Assembly: GCA_964057225.1 (NCBI GenBank) | Contig: OZ059896.1 | Coordinates: 2,294,001-2,358,000, forward strand | DNA length: 64,000 bases | Source: Auanema rhodensis | Lineage: Eukaryota; Animalia; Nematoda | Reading direction: 5' to 3' | Part shown: piece by piece, positions 10,530 to 25,800 of the stretch | How the letters are laid out: every line of letters starts with the position of its first letter | How positions within the stretch are numbered: the stretch's first letter is position 1 | The notes under the pieces: generated by a model | Database searches by the model: none | Told to the model about the DNA's origin: nothing | What the model saw: only the letters and a program-made list of their open reading frames with translations | Program-made: the position numbers and the translations under genes

Positions 10530-13500
10530 ACTATACTAGATGGAGAAACGCTCAATACAAAAATTAGTTATGATCGTTTGAAAAATGATGCATTAGTGTA
10601 TGTTGAGTTTCCATGTACACTCAACATTGCTTCCAAAAACATTTTGACAAACATTTTCCCGAAAAATTTCAGAATAAATTTACAAAAAGTAGATGTTTTT
10701 AGATTCCTTTTTTCAAGACAAAGACGATGGACATTGTCATTCAACAAAAAAATTAATTCTTCACGGTGAAAATCGAGGATATAAGTGTGAACCTATATCA
10801 GTTGATATCTCGGTTCATTTTTAAGCTAGCGCAAATCTGATAACACAGATCGACGCAGCTTAAAAATCCGCATCGAATGTACTATACTACATTAAGAAAC
10901 GCTCAATACAAAAATTAGTTATGATTGTTTGAAAAATGATGCATTAGTGTATGTTGAGTTTCCATGTACACTCAACATTGCTTCCAAAAACATTTTGACA
11001 AACATTTTCCCGAAAAATTTCAGAATAAATTTACAAAAAGTAGATGTTTTTAGATTCCTTTTTTCAAGACAAAGACGATGGACATTGTTATTCAACGAAA
11101 AAATTAATTCTTCACGGTGAAAATCGAGGATATAAGTGTGAACCTATATCAGTTGATATCTCGGTGCATTTTCAAGCTAGCGCAAATCTGATAACACAGA
11201 TCGACGCAGCTTAAAAATCCGCATCGAATGCACTATACTACATGGAGAAACGCTCAATACAAAAATTAGTTATGATCGTTTGAAAAATGATGCATTAGTG
11301 TATGTTGAGTTTCCATGTACACTCAACATTGCTTCCAAAAACATTTTGACAAAAATTTTCCCGAAAAATTTCAAAATAATTTCACAAAAAGTAGATGTTT
11401 TTAGATTCCTTTTTTCAAGACAAAGACGATGGACATTGTTATTCAACAAAAAAATTAATTCTTCAGGGTGAAAATCGAGGATATAAGTGTGAACTTATAT
11501 CAGTTGATATCTCGGTGCATTTTTAAGCTAGCGCAAATCTGATAACACAGATCGACGCAGCTTAAAAATCCACATCGAATGCACTATACTACATTGGAAA
11601 ACACTCAATACAAAAATTAGTTATGATCGTTTGAAAAATGATGCATTAGTGTATGTTGAGTTTCCATGTACACTCAACATTGCTTCCAAAAACATTTTGA
11701 CAAAAATTTTCCCGAAAAATTTCAAAATAATTTCACAAAAAGTAGATGTTTTTAGATTCCTTTTTTCAAGACAAAAACGATGGACATTGTTATTCAACAA
11801 AAAAATTAATTCTTCAGGGTGAAAATCGAGGATATAAGTGTGAACTTATATCAGTTGATATCTCGGTGCATTTTTAAGCTAGCGCAAATCTGATAACACA
11901 GATTGACGCAGCTTAAAAATCCACATCGAATGCACTATACTACATTGGGAAACACTCAATACAAAAATTAGTTATGATCGTTTGAAAAATGATGCATTAG
12001 TGTATGTTGAGTTTCCATGTACACTCAACAATGCTTCCAAAAACATTTTGACAAAAATTTTCCCGAAAAATTTCAAAATAATTTCACAAAAAGTAGATGT
12101 TTTTAGATTCCTTTTTTCAAGACAAAGACGATGGACAATGTTATTCAACGAAAAAATTAAATCTTCAGGGTGAAAATCGAGGATATAAGTGTGAACCTAT
12201 ATCAGTTGATATCTCGGTTCATTTTTAAGCTAGCGCAAATCTGATAACACAGATCGACGCAGCTTAAAAATCCGCATCGAATGCACTATACTACATTGGG
12301 AAACACTCAATACAAAAATTAGTTATGATCGTTTGAAAAATGATGCATTAGTGTATGTTGAGTTTCCATGTACACTCAACATTGCTTCCAAAAACATTTT
12401 GACAAAAATTTTCCCGAAAAATTTCAAAATAATTTCACAAAAAGTAGATGTTTTTAGATTCCTTTTTTCAAGACAAAGACGATGGACATTGTTATTCAAC
12501 AAAAAAATTAATTCTTCAGGGTGAAAATCGAGGATATAAGTGTGAACTTATATCAGTTGATATCTCGGTGCATTTTTAAGCTAGCGCAAATCTGATAACA
12601 CAGATCGACGCAGCTTAAAAATCCGCATCGAATGTACTATACTACATTAAGAAACGCTCAATACAAAAATTAGTTATGATTGTTTGAAAAATGATGCATT
12701 AGTGTATGTTGAGTTTCCATGTACACTCAACATTGCTTCCAAAAACATTTTGACAAACATTTTCCCGAAAAATTTCAGAATAAATTTACAAAAAGTAGAT
12801 GTTTTTAGATTCCTTTTTTCAAGACAAAGACGATGGACATTGTCATTCAACAAAAAAATTAATTCTTCACGGTGAAAATCGAGGATATAAGTGTGAACCT
12901 ATATCAGTTGATATCTCGGTTCATTTTTAAGCTAGCGCAAATCTGATAACACAGATCGACGCAGCTTAAAAATCCGCATCGAATGCACTATACTACATGG
13001 AGAAACGCTCAATACAAAAATTAGTTATGATCGTTTGAAAAATGATGCATTAGTGTATGTTGAGTTTCCATGTACACTCAACATTGCTTCCAAAAACATT
13101 TTGACAAACATTTTCCCGAAAAATTTCAGAATAAATTTACAAAAAGTAGATGTTTTTAGATTCCTTTTTTCAAGACAAAGACGATGGACATTGTTATTCA
13201 ACGAAAAAATTAATTCTTCACGGTGAAAATCGAGGATATAAGTGTGAACCTATATCAGTTGATATCTCGGTGCATTTTCAAGCTAGCGCAAATCTGATAA
13301 CACAGATCGACGCAGCTTAAAAATCCGCATCGAATGCACTATACTACATGGAGAAACGCTCAATACAAAAATTAGTTATGATCGTTTGAAAAATGATGCA
13401 TTAGTGTATGTTGAGTTTCCATGTACACTCAACATTGCTTCCAAAAACATTTTGACAAAAATTTTCCCGAAAAATTTCAAAATAATTTCACAAAAAGTAG

Positions 13501-16500
13501 ATGTTTTTAGATTCCTTTTTTCAAGACAAAGACGATGGACATTGTTATTCAACAAAAAAATTAATTCTTCAGGGTGAAAATCGAGGATATAAGTGTGAAC
13601 TTATATCAGTTGATATCTCGGTGCATTTTTAAGCTAGCGCAAATCTGATAACACAGATCGACGCAGCTTAAAAATCCACATCGAATGCACTATACTACAT
13701 TGGAAAACACTCAATACAAAAATTAGTTATGATCGTTTGAAAAATGATGCATTAGTGTATGTTGAGTTTCCATGTACACTCAACATTGCTTCCAAAAACA
13801 TTTTGACAAAAATTTTCCCGAAAAATTTCAAAATAATTTCACAAAAAGTAGATGTTTTTAGATTCCTTTTTTCAAGACAAAGACGATGGACATTGTTATT
13901 CAACAAAAAAATTAATTCTTCAGGGTGAAAATCGAGGATATAAGTGTGAACTTATATCAGTTGATATCTCGGTGCATTTTTAAGCTAGCGCAAATCTGAT
14001 AACACAGATTGACGCAGCTTAAAAATCCACATCGAATGCACTATACTACATTGGGAAACACTCAATACAAAAATTAGTTATGATCGTTTGAAAAATGATG
14101 CATTAGTGTATGTTGAGTTTCCATGTACACTCAACAATGCTTCCAAAAACATTTTGACAAAAATTTTCCCGAAAAATTTCAAAATAATTTCACAAAAAGT
14201 AGATGTTTTTAGATTCCTTTTTTCAAGACAAAGACGATGGACATTGTTATTCAACAAAAAAATTAATTCTTCACGGTGAAAATCGAGGATATAAGTGTGA
14301 ACCTATATCAGTTGATATCTCGGTGCATTTTTAAGCTAGCGCAAATCTGATAACACAGATCGACGCAGCTTAAAAATCCGCATCGAATGCACTATACTAC
14401 ATGGAAAAACGCTCAATACAAAAATTAGTTATGATCGTTTGAAAAATGATGCATTAGTGTATGTTGAGTTTCCATGTACACTCAACAATGCTTCCAAAAA
14501 CATTTTGACAAAAATTTTCCCGAAAAATTTCAAAATAATTTCACAAAAAGTAGATGTTCTTAGATTCCTTTTTTCAAGACAAAGACGATGGACAATGTTA
14601 TTCAACGAAAAAATTAAATCTTCAGGGTGAAAATCGAGGATATAAGTGTGAACCTATATCAGTTGATATCTCGGTGCATTTTCAAGCTAGCGCAAATCTG
14701 ATAACACAGATCGACGCAGCTTAAAAATCCGCATCGAATGCACTATACTACATGGAGAAACGCTCAATACAAAAATTAGTTATGATCGTTTGAAAAATGA
14801 TGCATTAGTGTATGTTGAGTTTCCATGTACACTCAACATTGCTTCCAAAAACATTTTGACAAAAATTTTCCCGAAAAATTTCAAAATAATTTCACAAAAA
14901 GTAGATGTTTTTAGATTCCTTTTTTCAAGACAAAGACGATGGACATTGTTATTCAACAAAAAAATTAATTCTTCAGGGTGAAAATCGAGGATATAAGTGT
15001 GAACTTATATCAGTTGATATCTCGGTGCATTTTTAAGCTAGCGCAAATCTGATAACACAGATTGACGCAGCTTAAAAATCCACATCGAATGCACTATACT
15101 ACATTGGGAAACACTCAATACAAAAATTAGTTATGATCGTTTGAAAAATGATGCATTAGTGTATGTTGAGTTTCCATGTACACTCAACAATGCTTCCAAA
15201 AACATTTTGACAAAAATTTTCCCGAAAAATTTCAAAATAATTTCACAAAAAGTAGATGTTTTTAGATTCCTTTTTTCAAGACAAAGACGATGGACATTGT
15301 TATTCAACAAAAAAATTAATTCTTCACGGTGAAAATCGAGGATATAAGTGTGAACCTATATCAGTTGATATCTCGGTGCATTTTTAAGCTAGCGCAAATC
15401 TGATAACACAGATCGACGCAGCTTAAAAATCCGCATCGAATGCACTATACTACATGGAGAAACGCTCAATACAAAAATTAGTTATGATCGTTTGAAAAAT
15501 GATGCATTAGTGTATGTTGAGTTTCCATGTACACTCAACATTGCTTCCAAAAACATTTTGACAAAAATTTTCCCGAAAAATTTCAAAATAATTTCACAAA
15601 AAGTAGATGTTTTTAGATTCCTTTTTTCAAGACAAAGACGATGGACATTGTTATTCAACAAAAAAATTTATTCTTCAGGGTGAAAATCGAGGATATAAGT
15701 GTGAACTTATATCAGTTGATATCTCGGTGCATTTTCAAGCTAGCGCAAATCTGATAACACAGATCGACGCAGCTTAAAAATCCGCATCGAATGCACTATA
15801 CTACATGGAGAAACGCTCAATACAAAAATTAGTTATGATCGTTTGAAAAATGATGCATTAGTGTATGTTGAGTTTCCATGTACACTCAACATTGCTTCCA
15901 AAAACATTTTGACAAAAATTTTCCCGAAAAATTTCAAAATAATTTCACAAAAAGTAGATGTTTTTAGATTCCTTTTTTCAAGACAAAGACGATGGACATT
16001 GTTATTCAACAAAAAAATTAATTCTTCAGGGTGAAAATCGAGGATATAAGTGTGAACTTATATCAGTTGATATCTCGGTGCATTTTTAAGCTAGCGCAAA
16101 TCTGATAACACAGATCGACGCAGCTTAAAAATCCGCATCGAATGCATTATACTACATGGAGAAACGCTCATCACAAAAATTAGTTATGATCGTTTGAAAA
16201 ATGATGCATTAGTGTATGTTGAGTTTCCATGTACACTCAACATTGCTTCCAAAAACATTTTGACAAAAATTTTCCCGAAAAATTTCAAAATAATTTCACA
16301 AAAAGTAGATGTTCTTAGATTCCTTTTTTCAAGACAAAGACGATGGACAATGTTATTCAACGAAAAAATTAAATCTTCAGGGTGAAAATCGAGGATATAA
16401 GTGTGAACTTATATCAGTTGATATCTCGGTGCATTTTTAAGCTAGCGCAAATCTGATAACACAGATCGACGCAGCTTAAAAATCCGCATCGAATGCATTA

Positions 16501-19500
16501 TACTACATGGAGAAACGCTCATCACAAAAATTAGTTATGATCGTTTGAAAAATGATGCATTAGTGTATGTTGAGTTTCCATGTACACTCAACATTGCTTC
16601 CAAAAACATTTTGACAAAAATTTTCCCGAAAAATTTCAAAATAATTTCACAAAAAGTAGATGTTTTTAGATTCCTTTTTTCAAGACAAAGACGATGGACA
16701 TTGTTATTCAACAAAAAAATTAATTCTTCAGGGTGAAAATCGAGGATATAAGTGTGAACTTATATCAGTTGATATCTCGGTGCATTTTTAAGCTAGCGCA
16801 AATCTGATAACACAGATCGACGCAGCTTAAAAATCCGCATCGAATGCATTATACTACATGGAGAAACGCTCATCACAAAAATTAGTTATGATCGTTTGAA
16901 AAATGATGCATTAGTGTATGTTGAGTTTCCATGTACACTCAACAATGCTTCCAAAAACATTTTGACAAAAATTTTCCCGAAAAATTTCAAAATAATTTCA
17001 CAAAAAGTAGATGTTCTTAGATTCCTTTTTTCAAGACAAAGACGATGGACAATGTTATTCAACGAAAAAATTAAATCTTCAGGGTGAAAATCGAGGATAT
17101 AAGTGTGAACCTATATCAGTTGATATCTCGGTGCATTTTCAAGCTAGCGCAAATCTGATAACACAGATCGACGCAGCTTAAAAATCCGCATCGAATGCAC
17201 TATACTACATGGAGAAACGCTCAATACAAAAATTAGTTATGATCGTTTGAAAAATGATGCATTAGTGTATGTTGAGTTTCCATGTACACTCAACATTGCT
17301 TCCAAAAACATTTTGACAAAAATTTTCCCGAAAAATTTCAAAATAATTTCACAAAAAGTAGATGTTTTTAGATTCCTTTTTTCAAGACAAAGACGATGGA
17401 CATTGTTATTCAACAAAAAAATTTATTCTTCAGGGTGAAAATCGAGGATATAAGTGTGAACTTATATCAGTTGATATCTCGATGCATTTTCAAGCTAGCG
17501 CAAATCTGATAACACAGATCGACGCAGCTTAAAAATCCGCATCGAATGCACTATACTACATGGAGAAACGCTCAATACAAAAATTAGTTATGATCGTTTG
17601 AAAAATGATGCATTAGTGTATGTTGAGTTTCCATGTACACTCAACATTGCTTCCAAAAACATTTTGACAAAAATTTTCCCGAAAAATTTCAAAATAATTT
17701 CACAAAAAGTAGATGTTTTTAGATTCCTTTTTTCAAGACAAAGACGATGGACATTGTTATTCAACAAAAAAATTAATTCTTCAGGGTGAAAATCGAGGAT
17801 ATAAGTGTGAACTTATATCAGTTGATATCTCGGTGCATTTTTAAGCTAGCGCAAATCTGATAACACAGATCGACGCAGCTTAAAAATCCGCATCGAATGT
17901 ACTATACTACATTAAGAAACGCTCAATACAAAAATTAGTTATGATTGTTTGAAAAATGATGCATTAGTGTATGTTGAGTTTCCATGTACACTCAACATTG
18001 CTTCCAAAAACATTTTGACAAACATTTTCCCGAAAAATTTCAGAATAAATTTACAAAAAGTAGATGTTTTTAGATTCCTTTTTTCAAGACAAAGACGATG
18101 GACATTGTCATTCAACAAAAAAATTAATTCTTCACGGTGAAAATCGAGGATATAAGTGTGAACCTATATCAGTTGATATCTCGGTTCATTTTTAAGCTAG
18201 CGCAAATCTGATAACACAGATCGACGCAGCTTAAAAATCCGCATCGAATGCACTATACTACATGGAGAAACGCTCAATACAAAAATTAGTTATGATCGTT
18301 TGAAAAATGATGCATTAGTGTATGTTGAGTTTCCATGTACACTCAACATTGCTTCCAAAAACATTTTGACAAACATTTTCCCGAAAAATTTCAGAATAAA
18401 TTTACAAAAAGTAGATGTTTTTAGATTCCTTTTTTCAAGACAAAGACGATGGACATTGTTATTCAACGAAAAAATTAATTCTTCACGGTGAAAATCGAGG
18501 ATATAAGTGTGAACCTATATCAGTTGATATCTCGGTGCATTTTCAAGCTAGCGCAAATCTGATAACACAGATCGACGCAGCTTAAAAATCCGCATCGAAT
18601 GCACTATACTACATGGAGAAACGCTCAATACAAAAATTAGTTATGATCGTTTGAAAAATGATGCATTAGTGTATGTTGAGTTTCCATGTACACTCAACAT
18701 TGCTTCCAAAAACATTTTGACAAAAATTTTCCCGAAAAATTTCAAAATAATTTCACAAAAAGTAGATGTTTTTAGATTCCTTTTTTCAAGACAAAGACGA
18801 TGGACATTGTTATTCAACAAAAAAATTAATTCTTCAGGGTGAAAATCGAGGATATAAGTGTGAACTTATATCAGTTGATATCTCGGTGCATTTTTAAGCT
18901 AGCGCAAATCTGATAACACAGATCGACGCAGCTCAAAAATCCACATCGAATGCACTATACTACATTGGAAAACACTCAATACAAAAATTAGTTATGATCG
19001 TTTGAAAAATGATGCATTAGTGTATGTTGAGTTTCCATGTACACTCAACATTGCTTCCAAAAACATTTTGACAAAACTTTTCCCGAAAAATTTCAAAATA
19101 ATTTCACAAAAAGTAGATGTTTTTAGATTCCTTTTTTCAAGACAAAGACGATGGACATTGTTATTCAACAAAAAAATTAATTCTTCACGGTGAAAATCGA
19201 GGATATAAGTGTGAACCTATATCAGTTGATATCTCGGTGCATTTTTAAGCTAGCGCAAATCTGATAACACAGATCGACGCAGCTTAAAAATCCGCATCGA
19301 ATGCACTATACTACATGGAGAAACGCTCAATACAAAAATTAGTTATGATCGTTTGAAAAATGATGCATTAGTGTATGTTGAGTTTCCATGTACACTCAAC
19401 AATGCTTCCAAAAACATTTTGACAAAAATTTTCCCGAAAAATTTCAAAATAATTTCACAAAAAGTAGATGTTCTTAGATTCCTTTTTTCAAGACAAAGAC

Positions 19501-22500
19501 GATGGACAATGTTATTCAACGAAAAAATTAAATCTTCAGGGTGAAAATCGAGGATATAAGTGTGAACCTATATCAGTTGATATCTCGGTTCATTTTTAAG
19601 CTAGCGCAAATCTGATAACACAGATCGACGCAGCTTAAAAATCCGCATCGAATGCACTATACTACATTGGGAAACACTCAATACAAAAATTAGTTATGAT
19701 CGTTTGAAAAATGATGCATTAGTGTATGTTGAGTTTCCATGTACACTCAACATTGCTTCCAAAAACATTTTGACAAAAATTTTCCCGAAAAATTTCAAAA
19801 TAATTTCACAAAAAGTAGATGTTTTTAGATTCCTTTTTTCAAGACAAAGACGATGGACATTGTTATTCAACAAAAAAATTAATTCTTCAGGGTGAAAATC
19901 GAGGATATAAGTGTGAACTTATATCAGTTGATATCTCGGTGCATTTTTAAGCTAGCGCAAATCTGATAACACAGATCGACGCAGCTTAAAAATCCGCATC
20001 GAATGTACTATACTACATTAAGAAACGCTCAATACAAAAATTAGTTATGATTGTTTGAAAAATGATGCATTAGTGTATGTTGAGTTTCCATGTACACTCA
20101 ACATTGCTTCCAAAAACATTTTGACAAACATTTTCCCGAAAAATTTCAGAATAAATTTACAAAAAGTAGATGTTTTTAGATTCCTTTTTTCAAGACAAAG
20201 ACGATGGACATTGTCATTCAACAAAAAAATTAATTCTTCACGGTGAAAATCGAGGATATAAGTGTGAACCTATATCAGTTGATATCTCGGTTCATTTTTA
20301 AGCTAGCGCAAATCTGATAACACAGATCGACGCAGCTTAAAAATCCGCATCGAATGCACTATACTACATGGAGAAACGCTCAATACAAAAATTAGTTATG
20401 ATCGTTTGAAAAATGATGCATTAGTGTATGTTGAGTTTCCATGTACACTCAACATTGCTTCCAAAAACATTTTGACAAACATTTTCCCGAAAAATTTCAG
20501 AATAAATTTACAAAAAGTAGATGTTTTTAGATTCCTTTTTTCAAGACAAAGACGATGGACATTGTTATTCAACGAAAAAATTAATTCTTCACGGTGAAAA
20601 TCGAGGATATAAGTGTGAACCTATATCAGTTGATATCTCGGTGCATTTTCAAGCTAGCGCAAATCTGATAACACAGATCGACGCAGCTTAAAAATCCGCA
20701 TCGAATGCACTATACTACATGGAGAAACGCTCAATACAAAAATTAGTTATGATCGTTTGAAAAATGATGCATTAGTGTATGTTGAGTTTCCATGTACACT
20801 CAACATTGCTTCCAAAAACATTTTGACAAAAATTTTCCCGAAAAATTTCAAAATAATTTCACAAAAAGTAGATGTTTTTAGATTCCTTTTTTCAAGACAA
20901 AGACGATGGACATTGTTATTCAACAAAAAAATTAATTCTTCAGGGTGAAAATCGAGGATATAAGTGTGAACTTATATCAGTTGATATCTCGGTGCATTTT
21001 TAAGCTAGCGCAAATCTGATAACACAGATCGACGCAGCTTAAAAATCCACATCGAATGCACTATACTACATTGGAAAACACTCAATACAAAAATTAGTTA
21101 TGATCGTTTGAAAAATGATGCATTAGTGTATGTTGAGTTTCCATGTACACTCAACATTGCTTCCAAAAACATTTTGACAAAAATTTTCCCGAAAAATTTC
21201 AAAATAATTTCACAAAAAGTAGATGTTTTTAGATTCCTTTTTTCAAGACAAAGACGATGGACATTGTTATTCAACAAAAAAATTAATTCTTCAGGGTGAA
21301 AATCGAGGATATAAGTGTGAACTTATATCAGTTGATATCTCGGTGCATTTTTAAGCTAGCGCAAATCTGATAACACAGATTGACGCAGCTTAAAAATCCA
21401 CATCGAATGCACTATACTACATTGGGAAACACTCAATACAAAAATTAGTTATGATCGTTTGAAAAATGATGCATTAGTGTATGTTGAGTTTCCATGTACA
21501 CTCAACAATGCTTCCAAAAACATTTTGACAAAAATTTTCCCGAAAAATTTCAAAATAATTTCACAAAAAGTAGATGTTTTTAGATTCCTTTTTTCAAGAC
21601 AAAGACGATGGACATTGTTATTCAACAAAAAAATTAATTCTTCACGGTGAAAATCGAGGATATAAGTGTGAACCTATATCAGTTGATATCTCGGTGCATT
21701 TTTAAGCTAGCGCAAATATGATAACACAGATCGACGCAGCTTAAAAATCCGCATCGAATGCACTATACTACATGGAGAAACGCTCAATACAAAAATTAGT
21801 TATGATCGTTTGAAAAATGATGCATTAGTGTATGTTGAGTTTCCATGTACACTCAACAATGCTTCCAAAAACATTTTGACAAAAATTTTCCCGAAAAATT
21901 TCAAAATAATTTCACAAAAAGTAGATGTTCTTAGATTCCTTTTTTCAAGACAAAGACGATGGACAATGTTATTCAACGAAAAAATTAAATCTTCAGGGTG
22001 AAAATCGAGGATATAAGTGTGAACCTATATCAGTTGATATCTCGGTTCATTTTTAAGCTAGCGCAAATCTGATAACACAGATCGACGCAGCCTAAAAATC
22101 CGCATCGAATGCACTATACTACATTGGGAAACACTCAATACAAAAATTAGTTATGATCGTTTGAAAAATGATGCATTAGTGTATGTTGAGTTTCCATGTA
22201 CACTCAACAATGCTTCCAAAAACATTTTGACAAAAATTTTCCCGAAAAATTTCAGAATAATTTCACAAAAAGTAGATGTTTTTAGATTCCTTTTTTCAAG
22301 ACAAAGACGATGGACATTGTTATTCAACAAAAAAATTAATTCTTCAGGGTGAAAATCGAGGATATAAGTGTGAACTTATATCAGTTGATATCTCGGTGCA
22401 TTTTTAAGCTAGCGCAAATCTGATAACACAGATCGACGCAGCTTAAAAATCCGCATCGAATGTACTATACTACATTAAGAAACGCTCAATACAAAAATTA

Positions 22501-22814
22501 GTTATGATTGTTTGAAAAATGATGCATTAGTGTATGTTGAGTTTCCATGTACACTCAACATTGCTTCCAAAAACATTTTGACAAACATTTTCCCGAAAAA
22601 TTTCAGAATAAATTTACAAAAAGTAGATGTTTTTAGATTCCTTTTTTCAAGACAAAGACGATGGACATTGTCATTCAACAAAAAAATTAATTCTTCACGG
22701 TGAAAATCGAGAATATAAGTGTGAACCTATATCAGTTGATATCTCGGTTCATTTTTAAGCTAGCGCAAATCTGATAACACAGATCGACGCAGCTTAAAAA
22801 TCCGCATCGAATGC
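10530..22814. repeat. Irregular 6-7-monomer HOR region
   Basis: The doublet of ACAAACATT/TCAGAATAAATTTAC monomers has ORF-track starts at 10578, 12684, 17949 and 20055, with a single copy at 22512 (6, 15, 6, 7 monomers apart). Each doublet is followed by CCACATCG/CATTGGAAAACAC monomers. Confidence 0.75.
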
Positions 22815-25800
22815 ACTATACTACATTAAGAAACGCTCAATACAAAAATTAGTTATGATCGTTTGAAAAATGATGCATTAGTGTATGTTGAGTTTCCATG
22901 TACACTCAACAATGCTTCCAAAAACATTTTGACAAAAATTTTCCCGAAAAATTTCAAAATAATTTCACAAAAAGTAGATGTTTTTAGATTCCTTTTTTCA
23001 AGACAAAGACGATGGACAATGTTATTCAACGAAAAAATTAAATCTTCAGGGTGAAAATCGAGGATATAAGTGTGAACCTATATCAGTTGATATCTCGGTT
23101 CATTTTTAAGCTAGCGCAAATCTGATAACACAGATCGACGCAGCTTAAAAATCCGCATCGAATGTACTATACTACATTAAGAAACGCTCAATACAAAAAT
23201 TAGTTATGATTGTTTGAAAAATGATGCATTAGTGTATGTTGAGTTTCCATGTACACTCAACATTGCTTCCAAAAACATTTTGACAAACATTTTCCCGAAA
23301 AATTTCAGAATAAATTTACAAAAAGTAGATGTTTTTAGATTCCTTTTTTCAAGACAAAGACGATGGACATTGTCATTCAACAAAAAAATTAATTCTTCAC
23401 GGTGAAAATCGAGGATATAAGTGTGAACCTATATCAGTTGATATCTCGGTTCATTTTTAAGCTAGCGCAAATCTGATAAAACAGATCGACGCAGCTTAAA
23501 AATCCGCATCGAATGCACTATACTACATTAAGAAACGCTCAATACAAAAATTAGTTATGATCGTTTGAAAAATGATGCATTAGTGTATGTTGAGTTTCCA
23601 TGTACACACAACATTGCTTCCAAAAACATTTTGACAAAAATTTTCCCGAAAAATTTCAAAATAATTCTACAAAAAGTAGATGTTTTTAGATTTCTTTTTT
23701 CAAGACAAAGACGATGGACATTGTCATTCAACAAAAAAATTAATTCTTCACGGTGAAAATCGAGGATATAAGTGTGAACCTATATCAGTTGATATCTCGG
23801 TGCATTTTTAAGCTAGCGCAAATCTGATAACACAGATCGACGCAGCTTAAAAATCCGCATCGAATGTACTATACTACATTAAGAAGCGCTCAATACAAAA
23901 ATTAGTTATGATTGTTTGAAAAATGATGCATTAGTGTATGTTGAGTTTCCATGTACACTCAACATTGCTTCCAAAAACATTTTGACAAACATTTTCCCGA
24001 AAAATTTCAGAATAAATTTACAAAAAGTAGATGTTTTTAGATTCCTTTCTTCAAGACAAAGACGATGGACATTGTCATTCAACAAAAAAATTAATTCTTC
24101 AGGGTGAAAATCGAGGATATAAGTGTGAACTTATATCAGTTAATATCTCGGTGCATTTTTAAGCTAGCGCAAATCTGATAACACAGATCGACGCAGCTTA
24201 AAAATCCGCATCGAATGCACTATAAACGCTCAATACAAAAATTAGTTATGATCGTTTGAAAAATGATGCATTAGTGTATGTTGAGTTTCCATGTACACAC
24301 AACATTGCTTCCAAAAACATTTTGACAAAAATTTTCCCGAAAAATTTCAAAATAATTTTACAAAAAGTAGATGTTTTTAGATTTCTTTTTTCAAGACAAA
24401 GACGATGGACATTGTCATTCAACAAAAAAATTAATTCTTCACGGTGAAAATCGAGGATATAAGTGTGAACCTATATCAGTTGATATCTCGGTGCATTTTT
24501 AAGCTAGCGCAAATCTGATAACACAGATCGACGCAGCTTAAAAATCCGCATCGAATGCACTATACTACATGGAGAAACGCTCAATACAAAAATTAGTTAT
24601 GATCGTTTGAAAAATGATGCATTAGTGTATGTTGAGTTTCCATGTACACTCAACATTGCTTCCAAAAACATTTTGACAAACATTTTCCCGAAAATTTTCA
24701 GAATAAATTTACAAAAAGTAGATGTTTTTAGATTCCTTTTTCCAAGACAAAGACGATGGACATTGTTATTCAACGAAAAAATTAATTCTTCACGGTGAAA
24801 ATCGAGGATATAAGTGTGAACCTATATCAGTTGATATCTCGGTGCATTTTCAAGCTAGCGCAAATCTGATAACACAGATCGACGCAGCTTAAAAATCCAC
24901 ATCGAATGCACTATACTACATGGAGAAACGCTCAATACAAAAATTAGTTATGATCGTTTGAAAAATGATGCATTAGTGTATGTTGAGTTTCCATGTACAC
25001 TCAACATTGCTTCCAGAAACATTTTGACAAAAATTTTCCCGAAAAATTTCAAGATAATTTCACGAAAAGTAGATGTTTTTAGATTTCTTTTTTTAAGACA
25101 AAGACGATGGACATTGTTATTCAACAAAAAAATTAAATCTTCAGGGTGAAAATCGAGGATATAAGTGTGAACCTATATCAGTTGATATCTCGGTGCATTT
25201 TCAAGCTAGCGCAAATCTGATAACACAGATCGACGCAGCTTAAAAATCCACATCGAATGCACTATACTACATGGAGAAACGCTCAATACAAAAATTAGTT
25301 ATGATCGTTTGAAAAATGATGCATTAGTGTATGTTGAGTTTCCATGTACACTCAACAATGCTTCCAAAAACATTTTGACAAAAATTTTCCCGAAAAATTT
25401 CAAAATAATTTCACAAAAAGTAGATGTTTTTAGATTCCTTTTTTCAAGACAAAGACGATGGACAATGTTATTCAACGAAAAAATTAAATCTTCAGGGTGA
25501 AAATCGAGGATATAAGTGTGAACCTATATCAGTTGATATCTCGGTTCATTTTTAAGCTAGCGCAAATCTGATAACACAGATCGACGCAGCTTAAACATCC
25601 GCATCGAATGTACTATACTACATTAAGAAACGCTCAATACAAAAATTAGTTATGATTGTTTGAAAAATGATGCATTAGTGTATGTTGAGTTTCCATGTAC
25701 ACTCAACATTGCTTCCAAAAACATTTTGACAAACATTTTCCCGAAAAATTTCAGAATAAATTTACAAAAAGTAGATGTTTTTAGATTCCTTTTTTCAAGA

